DNA from: Klebsormidium nitens
Lineage: Eukaryota > Plantae > Klebsormidiophyceae
Direction: 5' to 3'
Assembly: GCA_000708835.1 (NCBI GenBank)
Contig: DF237386.1
Span: 13,614 to 77,613 of the forward strand
Length of the DNA stretch: 64,000 nt
Shown here: positions 57,975 through 64,000 of the stretch, in pieces
Layout: each line of letters starts with the position of its first letter
Numbering within the stretch: position 1 is the first letter of the stretch
Made by a program: the position numbers and the translations under genes
The notes under the pieces: generated by a model
What the model saw: only the letters and a program-made list of their open reading frames with translations
What the model was told of the DNA's origin: nothing
Database searches by the model: none

Positions 57975-60900
57975 TCAGTACTGAGGAACAGTGGGGTCTA
58001 CCGTCTTCGAGTAATAATCGATACCCCCGGTCAGGTTCTTTACATCCTTGAAACCCTGCACGCCAAGAAACCACGCCCGGAATCAATTCAACCAGCGGCA
58101 ATCGACTAGCCAAGAGAAGCAGGCGCGGTTCCAGGACGAAAACCGTCACACTCTCTACATTGTGCGTAGCTCATTGCAGCAATGAACCCTGCCGACTGCA
58201 CGGACCTCGGTCAACGGACCCCTCAGCGCGCTATCAATCCCCGAGAATATTCTGAAGGTGCACGGAAGGTGCACGGAACCCAGAGCTTTCCTCGAAACCC
58301 GTCAGGCTGACAATCTTAAGCATGCTGCCATTAGCCTGCCTTAAAATAATGATTCGGCGACACGGTAATCAACCTTGACAGGGGAGAAGAGAGGCGTCGG
58401 CTCTTCTCACCTGTTGGACCAACCACGTGGCAGCCTGCAAGGACCTCATCCCGTGGTGGCACTGCAGAAACACATGCGAGAGCTGACGTCAGCAACCAAG
58501 TAGTTAACTCGGTCCCTGGATCGGTTTTCTGGGTGCACTTTTCAGACTCATCCGTTGAGGAGCAAGTACGTAAGTCAACGGCCGTTCCATCGTTTCAATC
58601 GTTGAATGGATTGGCGACGGTGCGGTGCCTCTGAATGGCACTCCAAGGGGCAGTGCAAAAGACAGTGTCCGATCTGTCTAGTTTTGCGAAGTGAGACCCA
58701 GGTACGTTCTGGCCGTAGGTCCTAGCACTTGCGAACTTTGCCAATTTACGGGGCCAATGGATGAAATGACACTCTGGCTCTGTTTGCCGTCAGAAATTCA
58801 TTTTAACAGCAGGCGGGTTTCGATGCTAGGCAGGGTGGTCAAGAGCGACGTCTTTGGCTCAGACAACTTTGCATCGCGCATTTCTATATACTCCGGTCTG
58901 AGCCTCAGAAAAGAGTGCATTTAATAATGCTCTTCACGCCAGAGATCCGCCACGTCAAGACCCCGACTCACCCAAAACCTCTTTCTTCTGCCCTCTCACC
59001 CACAACCTCTTACTTCTGCCCTCGATTTCGGCATTTACCAGAAGTCGATAGTGTCAGTCTCGCGAGGGCAAGTCCTTCTCGCGAAAGTCCAGAATCCAAG
59101 TGTCAGGCTCAACCGCCTCCCCATAACAATAATCACAGACTGTTCCGAAGCGGCATGCACGACTCAAACCTGGCAGGCGGACCCACTCCGAAGATTGACC
59201 GTTTAGAATCAGAGGGTAAACGCAACCAACGCACCATGACAACGGTTCCTCAGTAGGATCCAGTTTTCGCGTCCGCGCCCACTCCTCAAATCGCTAAGCA
59301 AACCACCTAAAAAATCAACCGTTTGATTGAGGGGATCAAACCCATAAATATTATTGCACTTCAGGATCCAGATCCAACGTCTGCACCCTTTCCCCGCTTT
59401 CCTACGTGGATTTTGCCGAATTCAAATTCAACCCTTTGAAACGAGAGGGTTAATGGAACCAACTCACCATAACGATGGTTTCCTTCTTGGGATCCAGATC
59501 CAGTGCCGGCGCCCACTCCCCAAACTTGCTCAAAGGGTACACTTTGAATCCTGGCAGCGACGACTTTTCCACTTCGTGGGGTTCTCGCACGTCCATCAAT
59601 TGTACGTCGTCTGGAAGGCCGTCTTTGAGGCGAGCCTGGAAGTCTTCTGGGGCCATCGGAATGACTTCGTTCGCCTCTCTGCATTGCAAAAGCGAAGTCC
59701 ATATTGAGCTGGTATTTGACATGTCATTTAGAAGCCATAGAAGGTGCTTTTCATTCACCACTCAATCTCAACGTTACGAGAAAAATTTGTTTCAAAGAGT
59801 GAATTGCTCTGAAGAAATACAAACCACAGACGCCGCCCAGATCGTGTTTGCGGGCGGTAGACTCAGGTGGAACAAAATCTATGATTGACTTTGTACCAGA
59901 TTGCGCTGTGTGTCTCCCTGCAAAGCCTCCTTCAGCGTGCTTCGGCTCAAAGCGAATGACTTCAAGGCGGTCGAAGGCCTCAGATCTTTCACCACTATGT
60001 TCTGCCACTCACCAGAGTGGCAGAAAAACATTGCTAATCATCTTCTTATCGGTTGAGCTAGGCACATAACTGCTTGACATTTTTTGAAGTCAGTTGAAGT
60101 CAAACAAAGCATGACCGTCGTCCATTTGGACGATTTGTGGAGCAAGCCACACCTCAAAAAACAACAGCTGTTGAACTGTAATCCTTTTGAATGAATACAT
60201 TTAGATTTATTTTCTGTTCCTTTACGGGCGCTGTGAAAGGACAATTCTGAAGAAATGTTGCAGAATAAAAGGCAAAGATACGGAAAAGTCATTCAGTCTC
60301 TGCGGAGGAGGAAAGCCTCAGGATGACGCCCCACCTTTCTGACAGCACTTGGAGCAGATGCCACCCGAACTTGGTTTTCACCTTGACCGGTCGGTTAAGC
60401 TTTGCAGCAAACGCGGCTTCCTCAAACTCCGGAACTAGCATGCCTTTCTTGATCCACCCGAGCATACCACCGTCCTTTTTGGAAGGGCACACAGAGTACT
60501 CGGTGGCTAACGCGCCGAGATCCTCGCCATTCACTGCACAAGAGAAAGAGGAATTGAGGTTTAGAGAGTGAGTTTTGGAGATGATGCGGCCGGAATTATG
60601 GTTATCGTGCAGGCGAGGGTTATGGGTGTGTGTGTCACTGTCTGTGTTACTCTCTGTCTGCTGATGATGTCGGATCAAAACCCTTGACCGAACCTCCAAT
60701 GGCATTCTACCAGAATTTCCAAAACGCACCGCCCATTTTTTTTAACTTTTGTTCTCTACTCACTACCCCTTGAATCTTACTCACCAAAAAGGGGGGGGAA
60801 AAAGTCAACAACAGTTTTCAACACATCCCTGGTTTGAGTACTACAAGTCGAATGACCAGCGGAATCTTTCTGCGCATCGATCAACGCTGGCTTGTGACTC

Positions 60901-61669
60901 AAATCTGATCCAGATTGTGCTCACTGGTGGTCCCCCATCCTTGCACCACCGCAGATCAGATTGCATATTGTGAATGGGGCAACACCACTAAGCTTCCAAT
61001 TAAAAGAGCCAAGGTTCCTCTTTGTGACATCTTCGAATCTGTGTTTTGTTGAAGCAGAACGACCAACACCGGCCTGATGCAATGCTGACCACTGTCACTG
61101 TGCCGCAAAAATAACTCCGCTGAGGAACTTTAATTGACCAGCATAAGCATTTCTTGGATGCTCCTCCTGTCTATTGCACACATCAACAGTTTGAACTCAC
61201 TCAGAATGCGCTTCTGCAAGTCTGTTAAGACTTTTTCATCCTCCTCCTTCACCAGAATATGCTGCACCATGATTTCTCTCTTTTGGTCGCTTGTCGCCCC
61301 TCCCGATGCCATTCTCACACCAAGCTCCCCCCTCCGAACTCTGTGCCCCCCAACTAAAGAATGCAACTCAATCCTAAAGCCTGCACTAAACCCCCCAATC
61401 CAACACCGAGAACCCCCAGTATTCTTCGATCCTAATCCTGCTACAGAACTGCTTGCACTTATGGAAGGAGGCAATGCTGTCAAGGTACTCTGACGCGGCA
61501 GGGAGTTGCAGGGAAAAAGAAAAGACAGCGAGCGAAGAACTGGAGAACGCCTCAATTCCAACGCCTGAGCGTTTAGACTAAGAGAACGCCTGCAGAAACC
61601 GGGGCAGGTGTGCCCCAGAAGCGCTTGCGCGCTCTGCAAATGAGCTGCCACAGCGGCAGAGGACGCCAT
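57975..61669 (-). CDS. STR12: Plastid-targeted parvulin (PpiC rotamase)-rhodanese fusion, STR12-like, ~336 aa, 5 exons
   Basis: Exons 61669-61201, 60533-60335, 59678-59468, 58461-58411, 58055-57975 sum to 1011 nt in frame. Transit-peptide-like N-terminus, parvulin motifs VQHILVK, SVCPSKKDGGMLGW, PEFEEAAF and TKFGWHLL, rhodanese motifs LMDVREPHE, CHHGMRS and NLTGGID. Confidence 0.93.
59145..59530 (-). repeat. Donor-side echoes of STR12 exon 3
   Basis: On the plus strand, GGATCCAG occurs at 59490 (exon), 59364 and 59256. AACCAAC.CACCAT.AC...GGTT.C recurs at ~59224, and CCCACTCC recurs at ~59278 and ~59179. Confidence 0.8.
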
Positions 61670-62099
61670 ATTTCAGATTGCTGCCTTCCAGTTGGGGCTG
61701 GTTGCTGGAATTTGACCTCTAGGCTGGGCTAAAAGTAAAAATTGGCCCTTCCTCGCCCTTCCTGGTGGAGTCCGGGAACTAGTACCGGCGAGTCCGCTGG
61801 AAGCCATCATAGATAATACCTTTGCCAGCTAATACGGTCCTTTGTCGTTACCAGAAATAATCAGCCGGACTCGCTTATCTAGTTTTTTGAGTAGCTAAAT
61901 CGTCATGATGACTCCGACAAGGAGAGGGATCCCTGCATTTGCGCGCCTGGAACTAGCTACGTTACAGTTTAATGCCCCAATGGGGGCGCCAACATTTGTT
62001 TGGGATTTGATCTACCTGGTGCAACATCTGATCTGATATTGTGCCAGAATTTCTGCCTTCTAATAGGCAACTACCTACTTCCTTGAAGCAAATTCTAGC

Positions 62100-63473
62100 A
62101 TGGCGCAGCGACGTTGTGCAGGCATCGCCGGCTTTGATGTCCTCCCAGGGGAGCTCCTGGACTGCATTGTGAGGATGGTCTCCGCAAACAATCCAAGGCT
62201 TTTGGAAGTGATCGCAAAAGTGAACAAAACCTTTCTGGAGGCAGCGCGACGGTGCAGCACAAGCTTGGTGCTTCGCAAGCTGAACAAACTTTCAGCGATG
62301 AAAACGGCGCCTCCGATAGGGGTCGCCTGCAAAGCACTTGGAGACGAGATTAGCATGCGGCCGTCGCTTTCAAATTTGGTGGTTAGGAAGGATGCTGATC
62401 CAGGCCTCTGGCCAGCTCTGGGAGACGTCCAGTGGACCACGGCGAAGTTTGTTATGGGGACAGGAAGTATTGGCGACCTCCTTCGCTACATTGAAAGAGC
62501 AAATACTACTTTGAGAGCGTTGGATGTTGACCCGGGGAGGTGGCATCCTCCTAGCCTTGCTGGCAGTGTTGACATCATCAGCCACTCGTTTCCAGGTTTG
62601 CAAACCCTGGCGCTCAGTGGCGGGAAAGGTGGCGACGATCTTTCTTTTCAGAAGTTCAGTTGTGTTGGTGCTTGGAGCGTTGGGAGCCAAACAAGCAGTC
62701 TTACCCACTTGGATATCGTGAGCTACAAGTTCAAAGACTGGTCGGAGGCAATCTGTAGAACCTTGCCACTTAGCCTCACAACCCTCACCTCCCTCAGGTT
62801 TCAATGCACTACTCGGAAGCAGCTAGCTATCTCTGCGGAAGACATGTTGATCAACTCAGCATTGACGCGTCTCCGAATCTTGTATCTGGATCTGTGGAAC
62901 GAGTTTGTGCCAAGGTCATTGCTAAATGAGATAACGGAACATTGTCCGCTTCTACAGCAGCTTGTGATCCACGCTACACCTCCCGGGAAAAGTTCTTCTC
63001 AAGGGTCTCGTAGACAGATTCATCACTCGCCGAGCAGTGTTTCGGACATCCTTGACAGATGCCCTGATTTGGAGCTCCTTGCAATAAGTGAAGGAGTGGT
63101 GTTGCCCCCGTATCACCTTGTCAATCTTATACATGAAAGAGGTTGTTTGCCTTTGGAGTGGGCCGAGGAAACCCTAGAAATGTCGCGCCTAGCGGCGGCA
63201 CTGGCAGATTATATTCATATTGTGGGTGATTACTATGATTCCCAACAGTTGGAATATAAAAAAAAGAGGTCGTGCGCAAAAACTGAAGTCATTCTTTGCG
63301 TTGTGATGGTTCAACCAACAGCTTCACGATGGGACCGCCGACTCAGGCAAAAGCGCACTTATCAGAGATCGCATGCTAGGGGAAGCTGCCATATATTCAG
63401 CATTGGTTGCGCGCTTTTTGCTAAGATGTCCAGAGTCAGATTAGGCTCATGTTCCTTGAACAGGGATACTTGA
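62100..63473 (+). CDS. Apparently intronless F-box/LRR-type protein, ~457 aa
   Basis: ATG at 62100. F-box-like FDVLPGELLDCIVRMV...VNKTFLEAA, then LRR-like units (PGLQTLAL, SLTHLDI, TLTSLRF, TRLRILYL, CPLLQQLVI, CPDLELLAI). The extreme C-terminus may be spliced differently. Confidence 0.78.
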   Translation: MAQRRCAGIAGFDVLPGELLDCIVRMVSANNPRLLEVIAKVNKTFLEAARRCSTSLVLRKLNKLSAMKTAPPIGVACKALGDEISMRPSLSNLVVRKDADPGLWPALGDVQWTTAKFVMGTGSIGDLLRYIERANTTLRALDVDPGRWHPPSLAGSVDIISHSFPGLQTLALSGGKGGDDLSFQKFSCVGAWSVGSQTSSLTHLDIVSYKFKDWSEAICRTLPLSLTTLTSLRFQCTTRKQLAISAEDMLINSALTRLRILYLDLWNEFVPRSLLNEITEHCPLLQQLVIHATPPGKSSSQGSRRQIHHSPSSVSDILDRCPDLELLAISEGVVLPPYHLVNLIHERGCLPLEWAEETLEMSRLAAALADYIHIVGDYYDSQQLEYKKKRSCAKTEVILCVVMVQPTASRWDRRLRQKRTYQRSHARGSCHIFSIGCALFAKMSRVRLGSCSLNRDT

Positions 63474-64000
63474 GAGGACTGTAATGCTGCAGTGCTAGTC
63501 GTATAGCTATAAAGGTAACGATTGGAGAAAAATATGCATTCGATGAGGGAAGTGTCAACACGGCACATCTCTTAGCCAAAGGTCTTGCTTATGGTTGGTT
63601 CGAGCGGAGGCCGCGCAGTCCATTTTAGGCTTTGAGGGCCCCGGTTGGCACATATTTGAAATTGCATAGCTGGACTCATTGAATTCTTCAAAAGCAAATC
63701 AATCTAGCTGGACGTGTGACGTGTACAGCTGTGTAGTCATGACGGTCGGTTGTGCCAGAGGTGCATGGGACTCGACGGTTGCACCTCGGTTGCAAGGCTG
63801 CTTGAAATGGCTCTCTTCAGGCTTCCTTTTTCTTTCTTTGCATGATGCTAGCTCTAGGTTCATGATTTCGTTCAATGCAATTGAATCGTCATGATCATGC
63901 CATCCGACCATTTGCATGACACCTCAATTGCCGCGGCATGCCTACCGCAGTAAACTTGATATATTAACATTATTATGTTATAAGTTGCGTCATCAGTGTG

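Noticed and set aside
1-64000. Simple mis-assembly as the explanation for the exon echoes
   Set aside because: The copies differ from each other by many substitutions and indels and tend to decay with distance, which duplicated reads would not produce. Only the near-identical 9781-10135 and 106-432 cases still merit long-read confirmation.

Overview
Eukaryotic, intron-rich nuclear DNA with GC-rich exons and GT-AG introns. Gene content and style best fit a streptophyte green alga such as Klebsormidium (inference). Genes reconstructed by hand with splice-phase checks: the 3' part of RPS7, with two tandem snR72-like C/D snoRNAs upstream in its presumed first intron; an 11-exon cyclic-nucleotide-binding-domain K+ channel; an intronless F-box/LRR gene; an 11-exon CSB/ERCC6 (CHR8/RAD26) SNF2 ATPase; a 9-exon CYP711(MAX1)-like P450; a multi-exon P-loop NTPase with a possible C-terminal nuclease (Crinkler-like architecture); an orphan single-pass membrane protein; a parvulin-rhodanese fusion (STR12-like); and a second F-box/LRR gene. 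The most striking signal is structural. At many exon-intron boundaries in five unrelated genes, the splice junction plus part of the exon is serially re-copied into the neighbouring intron as decaying 'echoes', mostly 130-190 bp apart. Also present: a TA-flanked MITE, a ~150 bp inverted repeat pair bracketing the 30-nt heme-cysteine microexon of the P450, an apparently spliced RPS7 junction copy inside the intron it spans, and an inverted copy of one gene's exon inside another gene's intron 48 kb away. No CRISPR, tRNA or rRNA gene is supported. All coordinates were counted by eye and may be off by a few bases.
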